Positions 11,880 to 23,741 of a DNA stretch of 64,000 nucleotides are shown here, in pieces. The translations under genes and the position numbers were made by a program. The DNA is taken from assembly GCF_001447785.1 (NCBI RefSeq), contig NW_015173687.1:724694-788693 (forward strand). The letters are read 5' to 3'. The notes under the pieces were generated by a model. It was given only the letters and a program-made list of their open reading frames with translations, was not told the DNA's origin and searched no databases. Positions within the stretch are counted from its first letter, which is position 1; each line of letters starts with the position of its first letter. The DNA comes from Gekko japonicus (lineage: Eukaryota).

Positions 11880-11907
11880 CTAGTCTTGTTGTTGTTGTTT
11901 TTTCCAG

Positions 11908-11980
11908 GTGGAGATGATTCCAAACTAAGGGGCTGGGATGTCCGGGGCAATCCAAAGGCTCCTGTTTTCACAAGCGAGAG
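11908..11980 (+). CDS. DPH7: DPH7 coding exon 6
   Basis: (G)[23 protein letters not shown](R); phase 1 to 2. Confidence 0.93.
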
Positions 11981-12097
11981 GTAAGCAGTAGCTGTCTGCA
12001 TGAAGGTCCATTGTAAAGGTTGCCTCCTCAGTGGCAGAGAATGGTTGGGCACTAATGAATACCTGTCAGTGGGACGCAATGATATTCACACTCATAA

Positions 12098-12205
<108 letters not shown>

Positions 12206-12269
12206 TGAGTTTCTTTGTCATACCGTCTCTTATACTTTTTCTGACCCAGTCATGGTGATGTGGGTAGGG

Positions 12270-12829
12270 CAGAGGTGTGGAGCTCATTTGTTACAAGGGC
12301 TGGATCTGAAATAAATGTAATTTTGTCAGGCTGGGGCATGTGTGCAATAAAATGTAATGCCAGGTACCAGAGATATAAACTTTATAAAGGAAAGCAGCTG
12401 GTAAGCTCCGAGTTGGTGTGTCCTTACCGTGGGGGGATGTGCAGAGCAAAACCCACATGGGCAGACTGGAGGTGCTGCCCATGGGGGAGGCAAGCCCCTT
12501 CCCCAGCCTGCTCCCGCTGTGAGTGCTATGAGCCTGGGAACCAGTGGAAAAGTGCGAAGCAGCTGGGTGCTGTGAGCTCCTCCTGCCCGTCAGCCACTGT
12601 GCAGTGGCCTCCAATTTGCCACTGAGGCTTATGTTGAAGCGAAGGGCTTCTGCTTGACTGCTGCAGAGGTGGTTCTGCGACGCTGAAGCCACAATTGGAG
12701 TGGCTCTGCCCTCTCCCCCGCTCCCCCCAGCAGCCTCCTGTTTCCTCCCTCACAGCAGTTGCTCATGGGCTGGAGAAGAGCCCTGGCTGGGCCAGTTCCA
12801 GCCCATGGACCTTATGTTTGACACCCTTG
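12270..12829 (+). mobile_element. hAT-like MITE
   Basis: Termini CAGAGGTG... and ...TTTGACACCCTTG; core (TGTAATGCCAGGTACCAGAGATATAAACTTTATAAAGG) recurs inverted at about 50720-51087. Confidence 0.65.
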
Positions 12830-13012
12830 GATAGGGCATTGGTTGCTTGTGCACATTTGGGATAGAACACTGGACATGGCACAAGAAAACCAAGGAAAAA
12901 GTTCTAGCTAAGCTATACCTTATTGGGTGGCCTTAAATATTGAAAGATTGAAATAAGAATTGCATACTTTCTGGAAAACCACATATCTGAAACCTGTTGG
13001 ATGTTCCTCCAG

Positions 13013-13185
13013 CTACGATGAACATGTTCTCCTGTGGGACACCCGAAACATGAAGGAATCATTGGCAGACACCCATGTGCAGGGTGGAGTGTGGCGGCTG
13101 AAATGGCATCCAACAAGGGAACACCTACTGCTGGCAGCCTGTATGCACAATGGCTTCAAAATCCTCAATTGCCAAAGCACCATGG
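13013..13185 (+). CDS. DPH7: DPH7 coding exon 8
   Basis: (S)[14 protein letters not shown]...[10 protein letters not shown]...[10 protein letters not shown]; phase 2 to 1. Confidence 0.95.
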
Positions 13186-13462
13186 GTGAGTGGGGTTTTC
13201 TTTGAGTGAGTGTGGAGGGCTCAAGAGTAGCTTTGAGGAGTTGGTCCCTGGGGCCACTTGCCTGTTTTACAGCCCTCCTCAACTGGTATAACAGTGCACA
13301 CAAAACTTGTGTATGTTTTTGACTACCAACACTCTTAGATGCTTGACTAATGCTTCAAAGAGAGAACTTATCAATTGGGGCTATACATTTGAGGCTTAAG
13401 CACAGAATCTGTAGTACCAGGTATATTGAAATCTTAGCCTTTTAATCACATATGATTTTAAC

Positions 13463-13866
13463 CAGGGGTCATTTTGTAGAAAAAGAGGTGCAAGGAACTC
13501 ATTAGCATAACTTATTTGCATATGCCACACCCCCTGACATCACTGGAAGTGTGTCAGAAGGCAACACCCACTGCTCAGGCTCCATTGGACTGTTTTGGAT
13601 TGCTAGCTATTGGGGGCGGGGGGGAGAACGTGCAGATCTGTCCTCGCAGAGGAGGGAGAGCTTGTACCTGCATAAAACTTGGTCTTAAATAAAGGTGCCA
13701 CTGGACTGTTTTGGGCCAGGGGGAGCTCTGCAACTTACCTGGCTGCTTCTTGCTCTGACTAAGGGCTGCTGGGAGCAGGGGGTGGGGCTTGTTGCATGTG
13801 CCTGCCCCCTGGGCTCTTTACTGCTGGAGCTCTGCTCCTGTGCGCTCCTGCAGGAAATGACCCCCG
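13463..13866. mobile_element. hAT MITE
   Basis: TIR CAGGGGTCATTT / AAATGACCCCCG; 8-bp TSD ATTTTAAC / CTTTTAAC (7 of 8); subterminal sequence related to the element at 32170-32505. Confidence 0.7.
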
Positions 13867-15347
13867 CTTTTAACTCTTGTGACTGGGGGGGAGGAGGCAT
13901 GAACATGGCAGCCTGTTAGTATCTAAGGAGTAACTAAGGAGCAAAAACAGAAATTTTGAGGGAAAATTAAAATATATGCAATACTTACCATCATATCAAA
14001 CCTAAATTAATTTTACTGCTTTAACTTAGCATATAAAATTGCAATATTTGATATATTTATGGAATTCAAAAGTTACAAATGCCTTACTTTTGTACAAGCA
14101 AAACTGCAAATATACTCAATACCTGAGAGGAAACTGCAAGCTGATACACCCAATGCTATCTTAGCACATGTACCTTAATTTTGCTTTCTGGTTAGAAAGA
14201 GTTAAACTGGTTAGAACATTTCTCAATAAAACTGTCAGTTGTTGTGAGGCATTGGTACAGTTTCTGCCCCCACCTCCTCCTGATCTTTTTTCTCCCTCCT
14301 GCAAGGTAGGGCAATAAGCTACTTTTTACCCAGCCTGTGGTTATTACCAAATGTGTCACAGTGGTTTGAAGGAGAGGTCAAAAGGACAACAGAAGATGTG
14401 CAGTTGTTGAGAAGCAATGAAAGCCCTGCATGCTTCCCTTGTGAAGATGAGGTATCCTTCTAGGTGCTGAAATACATCTCTGATTTCAGAGCCGTATGTC
14501 TGCAGCTTGCTTACCTTGTCTTCAAAAGTATTTCACTCATTCTAAAAGATAAAGTACTTCATATGATTTTTTTTTTAGTGCTCCCTCAAATTTCCATTTT
14601 TTTTCCTTGGAAAAAATCGTTTTGTCCCCAAATTTTGATGGGTTTCTTTTCCCCCTAGGCCTCCATACCTTTAGTTTTAACTGGACATACATGCACACAT
14701 AATCCAGTGTGTCTGCCTGGGAAACAGATTGATAGGCTGGTAAAAAGTGTGGACTGGATTGTCATAGGTGGCCCATTTGCAACATGACTTAGGCAGCTGG
14801 GGTTTGTGACTCATCTGGACATGAGTTGGAAGGTCAGCTGGCCAGCTTGTACTGCTGCCTGCAAAACCCTATCAAGACAGTCCAGGGGCCTGCTTCTGGA
14901 ATATCAGTAACATATCAGTGGCCAAAAAAGCCTCAACAAAAAAGCCTGACAGGGACCTAGCTTTTATTACTGTAGTACTCACATTTGGCCTGTTAAATTA
15001 CTTTTCCCTGAGGTGGCTTGAAAAAGATTGACTTGTGCATACAGCTGTACAGAAATAATTGGATACAACATCATTTGTGTTCGTTCTTGGAGAGATTATA
15101 GCTGTTACATCTGCTCTCATCTCTTCCCAGCTAAAAGGACCAGTAGTTTAAATCCTGTTAAAGTGGCTGCGTGGAAAAAAGACATTGTTATTGTATTTAG
15201 GATAGGCTGTAAGCTGCTTTCAGTGCTATAGAAAACTGTGATGCGTTAGTTTTAAAGTGACTGTTGTTCTTTAAAGCAGTAGATGTGAATGCCCCACTGA
15301 GTCTTAATTTGTTTTACAAACTACTGTTCTTTTCAATTCATTAGCAG

Positions 15348-15784
15348 AAAACAAAGAGAGATGCCCTGTTCTTTCATCCTATGTCTTGCATAATTCCTTG
15401 GCTTATGGAGCTGATTGGTCAAGGCTCACCCTGAACGATCCCTTGGTATGGTCGACAGAGATGCCAGTGGTTCATGTAGATGAAGGAGCGACAAGAGTGG
15501 ACCTTGAAGTCCAGAATCTGAAGATAGTTTATGAATCTCCCACTGCCACCTTCGATGTGTTGTTAGATGAAGATCAAACCCCTGCCTTGCCAGTCCAAGT
15601 AGAAGGAAGCTTTGACTTTCAAGGACCAGGTCCTGGTGGGAATGGGTCAAATACCAAAGTGTACAACAAAACTGAACTGTCCAAAGCCCAAAGAGAAACC
15701 AGCCTCTTGGCAACATGCTCCTTCTATGACAACGTTCTACATGTTTGGAAATGGGAAACTAGCCAGACTATCTCTTCAGCCTAG
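15348..15784 (+). CDS. DPH7: DPH7 last coding exon (alternative start 15345 via TAG-CAG acceptor)
   Basis: HNSLAYGADWS...LLATCSFYDNVLHVWKW, stop TAG 15782-15784; total spliced CDS 1371 nt (456 aa). Confidence 0.93.
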
Positions 15785-16367
15785 ACATAGTTATCAATAC
15801 TCATTCTGGAGTAAAGTTCTGGCCCATTTTCCTGTCTTCTTTTAGTACCAGGAGAGGTTAGAGGAAGCTGTTGAAGCAGAACTTCTGTGCTGTCCCCATG
15901 CTATATCTATATATTTTCTTACATCAGGTTTCTAGCTTTACTCTTGGGGTCTTGTGGCTCTGAGAGCTTTGAAAACTCCTTGGACACTTCATTGTTGATC
16001 TTTTGGCTTAGTTACATTGCATTAATTGCAGTTGGAAGTGTGTCCTGCTGAGACTTAAGGACCTCAATCATAGCACAAATTCAGTTTATCTGAAGGTTCT
16101 TAAAATTCTGCTAGAAGTATGTTTTAGCCATAACAGTTCCTCCATGAGATAGTATAGGGTTCTACTGCTATCTATACCCTGCAATTTAGTCTTTTTATTT
16201 CCATTGTAAAAAAAAACAAAAAAAAACAGGTCCTTCCTTGGTATGTTGGAAGACTGGGTATGCAGTTGGAAGACTTTGGTATGCAGGAAGAGATAGCCTC
16301 ATTAGCCCCTTATTTTTTGTTGGAGAGTTACGTTTTTCTGGTTATCTTTTTCCAAATACCAACTTAA

Positions 16368-16373
16368 AATAAA
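16368..16373 (+). terminator. Candidate DPH7 polyadenylation signal (second candidate 16883-16888)
   Basis: AATAAA about 580 nt after the stop codon. Confidence 0.45.
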
Positions 16374-18562
16374 CAAATAGAAAGTCTTTCTGCCAACTGC
16401 ATCATTTGATGGTCGCTTAGTGGTTCAAAATCTTTTCGTTCCAGCCAGACACCTGAAGGAGGGGAAATAGACTGACAGTATTATGTTCATATTTCTGTAG
16501 TCCAAATCCTGTCCCTAGGAAAGCAAGAGACTGCTCTGAATATGCTACTGGGGGTAAATTAGTAGTGGGGAATAGAGAAGCAGTTTGGCCCATCTCTTCT
16601 GTAGACTGGCTTAGGGTTAAGATAGCTACCACCTACTACTATGGAGGTTAAGTATTGCTTCCATTACAGAACAAAAGAACACCAGCAACAGACAGCATTA
16701 ATAGCAAGGATACTTTCTTGAAACCTGGAAGGCCACGCAGGTTCCTTAATGCTGCAAGAATCCTTGCTGAAGGGCAAATATTTCTCTTGAAACACTATTC
16801 CTACCACCTAGGACACTTACATACAAATATGCACATTGTGAACAAATCACTTGTTTAAAGTATATATTTTGGATCTTTCTAAAATAAAGAGAGATATGTC
16901 TTCTATCTTTGTTTACTGTTTTTTGTTTTTGGGTATGGAATTTCAGGGAGTGCTTGCAGTGTTATTTGCTAATTAAAATATATCTACTCCCACCTTTATC
17001 ATGGTTCAGTGTGGCTTACAAGTCACAATTGAAATATAACAAATCCCAAATATACCCCTTCCACCTGTGGAATGGTCCCTGTATTAGGTGTGAGCCTACA
17101 ACAAATTATTTTCCTTTTCTAGAAGCAGCAGAGAGGTTAACTTTCACTTAGCAAAGCATGAAAGTTCTTTGTGCTGAGTGAGGCTACTGGATAAGAACTG
17201 TCTTGCTGTGTAACCCAGTAGGATAGTTGGCAGGACTGCAACCACTATGGGTATAACTTCTGAGTCCACATGTAATCCTGCATAGTCTTTTCCACTTCCT
17301 CATGGTTTTGCCACACATCCAATAGGTTGCTGTAAATTAGCTATAGTAGCAGGACAGATTTGCTCTGGAATTTGGGAGTAGTACTGGCCTCAAATTTCTA
17401 GCATATAATTTTGGATCAATCTTAACCAGAGCAGGACCACCCCAGAATTAAATGTGTAGTGTGCAACCTCCAATTCAAAAGTACTACTGGAAGACTACTA
17501 GCTAGATTACACAGCTAAAAACCAGAATTCAGAAAGCATTCTGCCCATTAGACAGCCTCCTAGTATCTTCCTTTTTTATTTTAAATGTGATCATAAATTG
17601 CAGGATATTCTAGCAAGGAAGCAAAGCCTACCTTAAATGCTGATGGGCTGACAGTAACAGACCAGGAAAAAGACTGGTGTTGAAGTGGACAGCTAGCTGA
17701 CAGTGAGTGACTTGGTGTGCAGCAGTGATAAGACAAATTCCATGGATTACCAGAACCACCCCTGTTATGGCTATATATTTAGTTTTGGTTATTGCATCCC
17801 AGAAGGGGAGAAAAGAAGGCAACCAAAATAAACAAGAGGTTGAAGTGTCAGCCCTATGAGACAAAGCCAAAAGCATTTGGGGCCGCTTAGTTAGAATGAG
17901 GCAAGCTAATAAATCATACATGGTTTGTTGTTTTTATGCTCTGACCTTTTAATGCTAGGTTTTATAATGAACTGTTATGGCATTTCTTATTGTTTATTTT
18001 TAAGCTCCTCAAGCAGATTCTCTTGTATGTCCTTTACATCAACTATCCTACAGGAGCATCCTTCCCTCCCCCCCCCCACTCTAGACTGCTGCAGGGTTGC
18101 TCCAAAACCTTTGAAACATCAGCCTTCCTGCATTTACTTATTTAGAACATTCTTATACTGCCTCTCCTGCCTGAGTTAGCTTACAAAATAAAATTTATTT
18201 ATTTATTGTCAGATTTAAATTAATTCCAGCATTAAAAAGCTCCAGCTCAGCATATAAATAAGACTATAGACAGCTTAAAGTAACAGTTTCCAGGCTAAAC
18301 ATGTTCGTGTTGGTTTTCTTCTCCCCCACACACTCATCAAAACTGCCCGTGTAGCAAATTGCTCCCCAAAAAGTCACCCCACACAGAGGCATGGTTAAGT
18401 GGGCTTTTTAATTTTTGCACCACAGAACGTTCAAGGTTTGCTTGCTTTGAGTCAAACATCCAGCGAAGGCCCTCCTTCGCCGTCATACAGCAACTGAAGC
18501 CGACTCCTCCTCGTTCGTTCTTCCAAGCTCGCCGGTCTCTGCCTGTGGCTTCCCCCCTCCTC

Positions 18563-18970
18563 CTACCGCACGAAGTTCTTGGGGAAGAGCTTGAAGAGCT
18601 TCCCCTCCTGGCTGGGTTCAAAGCCGTATTTCTCCAGCTTCTCCGCATCGAAGGTGCCTTCCTCGACGTCCTTCTTGATGCTGGGGGCGACGATCTCTTG
18701 GAAGAGGTCGCGGGCGGTGAGGGGCGGCTCGCTGCCTGCGGGGGCGCGGTAGGAGACGTACGGCCGGAGCTTGAAGCCGGTCAGGTCGGGCACCACTAGC
18801 TTGGGCACCATCTCCTGCACCAGCTGGAACTTCCTGTTTTTAGTGAGGAAGCCGGCGTTTTTAGCGCCTCGGCCCTTGTTGAAGGATCGCGGGCCCCGTT
18901 TGCTAGTCCAGGGCGCCATACGGTCGGCGCCACGCACCAGGCCCCGGGTTAGTTCGCCCAGAAGCCCCAT
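18563..18970 (-). CDS. MRPL41: Mitochondrial ribosomal protein mL41, single coding exon, 135 aa
   Basis: [37 protein letters not shown]...[16 protein letters not shown]...[22 protein letters not shown]; position between DPH7 and PNPLA7 matches known vertebrate synteny; splice acceptor 11 nt upstream of the ATG. Confidence 0.96.
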   Translation of the reverse strand: MGLLGELTRGLVRGADRMAPWTSKRGPRSFNKGRGAKNAGFLTKNRKFQLVQEMVPKLVVPDLTGFKLRPYVSYRAPAGSEPPLTARDLFQEIVAPSIKKDVEEGTFDAEKLEKYGFEPSQEGKLFKLFPKNFVR

Positions 18971-18999
18971 CGAAAGAAAGGCTATGAAGACAGAAAAGG

Positions 19000-19747
19000 C
19001 CTCGTGGTGACTCTCTCTGACCAATTTTACCTCAACTTAAAAGCCGCTTTCCTTTTCCTCAGGCACCCAGCAATATCGCTTGTCCTCATTGGCTAAGTCG
19101 CGCACAGCTAATCGCCAGTTCCCATACATGGTTTCCCTCCCCTAGGGCGGGAGCTGTTTTTCTGCCAATCAGAATTAAGGTAATCAGAGATGCCATTTTC
19201 CTCTGAAGTGGGACTTATCTCAGACGTTAGTTGTTATTCACGCACGTGACCGTGTAGTACCGCCCACTCTTGGAATCTTCATATTCTGATTGGGTACGTT
19301 ACTCCCCATCCATTCCCCGCTCCCAATTAAAAGCTCCAACTCGGTTGGCAGTTATTACACACGCGCCTACTCATTGGTGAAAAGATCCCGGGAACTAAAT
19401 AAAGTTTCTGACGTGCTGCCTCTAGCGGTAGAAAACGCCTTGCGCGCAATTTAATGTTCCGGGTTAAAATCGACAGTTGCTCTATTCCGCCGCTCCTTTG
19501 CGATAAAAATACTAGATTTGCCACGATGAAAGGATTCTATTTGACCCCGAAGGTCCCAACGACACCCCTCCGCGGAAGTGACGATTGCGGAAACTACTGA
19601 TCGGAGGCTTCCTGACCTTTTCCCAGTGAACTTTCACACATGATCTTTAGGTCTCGAGTCTCAAAGGAGAGAAAACAACCGTTAGTGGGTCGCGCTGCCC
19701 CCTCCTCTTCCTTTCTCCAGTCTCGGACCCCTTGAGTTGACAGCACC
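19000..19747. promoter_or_regulatory. Bidirectional CpG-island promoter for MRPL41 and PNPLA7
   Basis: Head-to-head ATGs at 18970 and 19748; CCAAT/ATTGG at 19088, 19165, 19289, 19323, 19373; GC box 19145; E-box CACGTG 19243; ETS site CGGAAGTG at 19573 overlapping TGACG. Confidence 0.85.
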
Positions 19748-19774
19748 ATGGGGGATGGACTTTCGCCGCTTCAG
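19748..19774 (+). CDS. PNPLA7: PNPLA7 (NTE-related esterase) coding exon 1
   Basis: accATGg Kozak; MGDGLSPLQ then GTAGGT donor; short first exon as in mammalian PNPLA7. Confidence 0.8.
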
Positions 19775-20297
19775 GTAGGTGGTCTCCTTCCTATCCTGGG
19801 CGTCTTGGACTTTCTGCTTTTTCCTCTTCGCTCTCATTATCACAGTAGGCTTCTATACAACATTTCCAGGGTTGAAAGTACTTTGCAGACTTTATCTGGC
19901 ATTCCTTGCAACTTCCCTGTGAGTGCGGGGTATAGCAAATGGGCGGCCGCGTTACTGTATTGTAGAAAAATAAAACAAGTCCGGGGGGGGGGGCTGGAGT
20001 GGGCGGTGACTCCTGAAAGATCATATTGAATTAAATGTTGCTGACCTTTAAGGTGCTGTTGGGCTTGTGTTATATAATATTAGGTATTTCACCAGTTCCT
20101 TGATTCAAGGAATTGCCCTAGGAATCATGGAAAAGATGACATGCATGGTCATACTGCATGGATCAACCTTAATACATTACCGAGGTGCTTTATGCTAATA
20201 AAGGCCTCTTAATGCTCTGACATGTGGAAGAGATTTTCTTTAGTTCTCACTAGGTCTTTCGTACTTTAGAGCTGTTCAGGCAGCAACCCTAACCAGT

Positions 20298-20480
20298 AAG
20301 AACATAAGAGATGCCAATGTTGGATCAGGCCAGAGGGCCATCCAGTCCAACACTCTGTATCACACAGTGGCCAGAAACACCAGGTGCCATCAGGAGGTCC
20401 ACCAGTGGGGCCAGGACATTAGAAGCCCTCCCACTGTTGACCCCCCCCCCTCAAGCACCAAGATGACAGAGCATCACCCT
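20298..20480 (-). mobile_element. CR1 LINE 3' UTR fragment
   Basis: TAAGAACATAAGA tail and body match the reverse complement of 58380-58561. Confidence 0.8.
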
Positions 20481-20624
20481 TCACCAGAGTATTACCCTTC
20501 TGATAAAAGGGGGGGAGGGGAGACTTTGATGAGGTCCTTTGATGAGATTGTGGCTGAGATGTCATTTGAACCTATATATTTCTGGATCACAGTTCATTCT
20601 CATAAGCAGTGTGCTGCAGCAATC

Positions 20625-20755
20625 TTGCCAGTGACATATCCCTACACTTAAGAATCTTTTCTAGCACCTTTATGGCTGCCTTTCCCAGTCTCAATTGCCT
20701 TCTAATTTCTTGGGTGCAGTCTCTCTTTTGGTTGACGATGGAGCCTCTACCAATA
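20625..20755 (-). mobile_element. RTE/BovB-type LINE reverse transcriptase fragment
   Basis: GSIVNQKRDCTQEIRRQLRLGKAAIKVLEKILKCRDMSL, an RTE-clade motif. Confidence 0.75.
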
Positions 20756-21006
20756 AGCATGTGAAATGCCTCTGAGTCTGTGTGCAGAGTATTTGTCTCT
20801 GTCAGCCTGGCCCCTGGACCACTGGTCTGATCCAACAGGTCTCTTATGTTGTTAACTACTGAGCCTTGTTTGTTCACTGCTTTATTTATATAGGCTTTTT
20901 GTATTCAAAGTGGTTCACATGTTGTTTTAAATTTATAAATTATATGTCCTATTATAGAGCTAGATTTGAGTCCTGTAGCACCTTAGAGACCAACAAGATT
21001 TTCAGG

Positions 21007-21046
21007 GTATGAGCTTTCAAGAGACAAAGCTCCCTTCATCAGACAT
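21007..21046 (-). ncRNA. Minimal hammerhead ribozyme motif (Penelope type)
   Basis: atgt-CTGATGA-a-GGGAG ctttgt CTCTT-GAAA-GC-TC-atac: both core boxes intact, helix II, palindromic AGCT helix III. Confidence 0.55.
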
Positions 21047-21242
21047 GAGGAGGAATGGAGAACCCTGAGCCCTTCTATCCCAGTCAGAAGGTGGTGGTGG
21101 GGAGTGTTGCAAGAAGGCAATCAGTTTACTAAAGTACAATGCAAAATGTAAGCAGCTTGATTACTGCAAGAGATCAGTGCTTGGGTTCAGAAAATTAGCA
21201 TTTGTAGTGGGATAAAAATCATGTGTCTTTTTTCAGGCCTGA

Positions 21243-21425
21243 GCCCAGGCTAGCACAGTCTCGTCAGATCTCGGAAGCTAAGCAGGGTCCGTATTTGGAT
21301 GGGAGACTAACAAGGAATACCTGGGTTGTGACATGAAAACAGGCAGTGGCAAACTACCTCTGAATGTCTCTTGCCTTCAAAACATCACAGGGTTGCCATA
21401 AGTCACCTGTGACTTAAGGACAAAA
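21243..21425 (+). mobile_element. 5S rRNA-derived SINE
   Basis: TCTCGTCAGATCTCGGAAGCTAAGCAGGGTC...TTGGATGGGAGAC...GGAATAC (5S internal promoter region) plus RTE-like tail and A-run. Confidence 0.8.
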
Positions 21426-23666
21426 AATATATATTCAGCCCTGGGGAGGTCTATTGTGAATTTGTGAATGAACTCAAATTCAGCAATCTCGCATTGTAGT
21501 CTCCCTTTGAAGCTTCTCTGTTTGAGGAATTTCATTTGTACCCCGCCTCTCTCCCCAATGGCGACTTAAAGTACTCCCCAGTCCATTTTATTCTCATAAC
21601 AACTCTGTGAGGTAGGTTAGGCTGAGACTGTGATTCAAAAGCCCTTGGGACTGCTTGCAATCAAATTAATATTTTCAGAACAATGAAAAGTGTAAAAACA
21701 ATGGGTTGGTTCCAAACAATTTTTCTGCTGGTGGAAAAGGGAGGAGAGTGTGCCTTTGGCTACCAAAACTGCTGTGCTGCAGATCATGATACCTAAATGA
21801 ACAGAAGCTATCTAGGGTGGGGGCTGTAGTAAGGAGGGGAATTGGGTGAAATACTGAAAAAGCTGGCTGGATACAGCTCAATAGTACTACCAGTATTGAA
21901 AGCTAAATCAATCACAGCATTGATAAACCTGCCCAGTGTATGAAGACAACCCCCATTGGCATGTTGTAATTTTTATAATAGCCCCATAATAACCAGAAAG
22001 TCCCTCTCCTTATTTCTGCTGTCTTGAAGCAACCACCCCAAGGCTAGTTCAAGTGTGACTAGGTCTCAGACCATCATGAGCTTTAGGTGCTGAGTTGCTG
22101 GTTTTGATGAGCCAGTTAAACAGGCTTTTAGCTGAACTGGAGGTCCTTGAAGTAATTATTTATTGGATGCCACTATTGTGAACTTTTATTTAAAACAACA
22201 GTTTAGACAAAATCAGTTTTATGAATATTGCATCCAATAAATAGCAAGGTTGTGGCAAGTTAGTTGCAACTAAGGCATGTTGGAACTAGTTTGGAGTTAC
22301 TGAAATCTCATTCTGGTCAGTGGAATTCAGCTGTGACTAACTTGACTGGGTGGGGAGGGAGGAGTATGATAAGTACTGGACTCAACTCTCCTAAAGTAGG
22401 ATGCAGCCTTCAATTATTATGAACACTGCTGCAACTTCTGAGGGTTTCATGGGGATTTAGAACAAAATGTAAGCTTGGCTTCAGCATTGCAATATGCTAC
22501 CATATGCCCCTTGCCTTGGTTTTGCTAATAGTACAGAATGCCATGACCCAAATTTCCCTCCCTCTTGTCCTTCCCTTTTGAAGTTTAGCCAAATTTAACT
22601 GTAAACTTTTCTGGTAAGGGATGCTGACCAACTAAACCAGCATCTTATGGGCCTGGTTTAATTTCATTTGGTTGGCCAGCTGCCAGAACAGAAAGGGGAG
22701 TGTAGGTCTGATTCCCCCCCCCCCTTTCAGGTTCAAGAGAAGGAAAAGCACTCTGCATATGTTCAGATCATTCAGTCACAGGAACTCTAGAAAACTAAAG
22801 TTGGTAACTTTGCCTATAAGTGTTGGTTATTGGTGTACCAAGTAAGCAAGAAGTTCTATCCCAAGATGTCTCAGTTATAATGATTGAGTCACACACAGTT
22901 TTTCAGCATTTATTTTCATTTCAGTACTTGTGTTCCACTTTACGTAAGTCAAAAACTACACTTTGAATTGCATCCAGAAACCACCATACAAACAACGTAG
23001 CTGTTTTAATATGTAATATCCCTATATGATATCCCTATATAATATTATCCCTGTGTGAGACTCCAGTGTGTTTTCTCCACACTGTGTACTTTTATGTGTG
23101 TATATTCTGTGCCGATACTGAAATTTTTATTTCTTACTGTACCTGCTTGACAACCACAATAGTGTCGTTTTGTCATACATGAAAATAAATGGATTCCTTT
23201 TTCTACCATGTACCAAATCGTTGATTTCTGAAAGTGCTTAACTGTAAGATAATAAATGTCCAGATGAATGAACCTAAATGTGAGAGTGCATTTTTTGGGT
23301 TGTATGTTTGTAACTACTGGCTATTTCATAACACGTTGGCCTGGAAATTAAAAACAAAAACAGAACTGACTTCCTGCCCATAGTTTAATTCCTCTGGCAT
23401 AAGTAGAAGCTCCAGGACTATCATATTATCCACCTGTGTGCATTTACCTTCACTTTGGCTCTTCATCATGTACACGCTGTGGTTTAAGGTATGAATTTGT
23501 ATTAACCCCTAAGTTAGGTATACCTAAAACCACCTCTTGAAGGTGCGGGAGAGGCCCCCTGGCTGGCTTGTTTAGTCCAGAAATGAATCCCGTCTCCACC
23601 CCGGCATGCCATAAAGCACAGCATGCAAGCAACTGCAAGCTAAGCATCTGAAACTTTTGTCTTTAG

Positions 23667-23741
23667 GCCGGCTTCTTGACAAGCGCAGACCTAAGAATGC
23701 GAGTTCTTCAGTTTGTAGAAGACAGATTGCAGACAACCATG
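23667..23741 (+). CDS. PNPLA7: PNPLA7 coding exon 2 (75 nt, phase 0-0)
   Basis: AGFLTSADLRMRVLQFVEDRLQTTM; same length and C-terminal ...TM as the 25-aa N-terminal segment recalled from mammalian PNPLA7; clean AG/GT. Confidence 0.82.

Larger units (their letters stand above)
20955..21527 (-). mobile_element. Penelope-like element 3' end (GIY-YIG C-terminus plus terminal repeat), interrupted by a 5S SINE
   Basis: LKQRSFKGRLQCEIAEFEFIHKF at about 21455-21527; terminal ...GAAAGCTCATAC...GTTGGTCTCTAAGGTGCTAC motif. Confidence 0.75.

Noticed and set aside
18359-18799. 146-aa plus-strand ORF overlapping MRPL41
   Set aside because: Antisense shadow of a GC3-rich CDS
18971-19024. 18-aa N-terminal extension of MRPL41 from a TTG start
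   Set aside because: The region is a pyrimidine tract and splice acceptor; homology begins at the ATG at 18970
21243-21330. 5S rRNA gene
   Set aside because: Lacks the 5S 5' end and T-run terminator, is diverged and fused to a retroposon tail, so it is a SINE head
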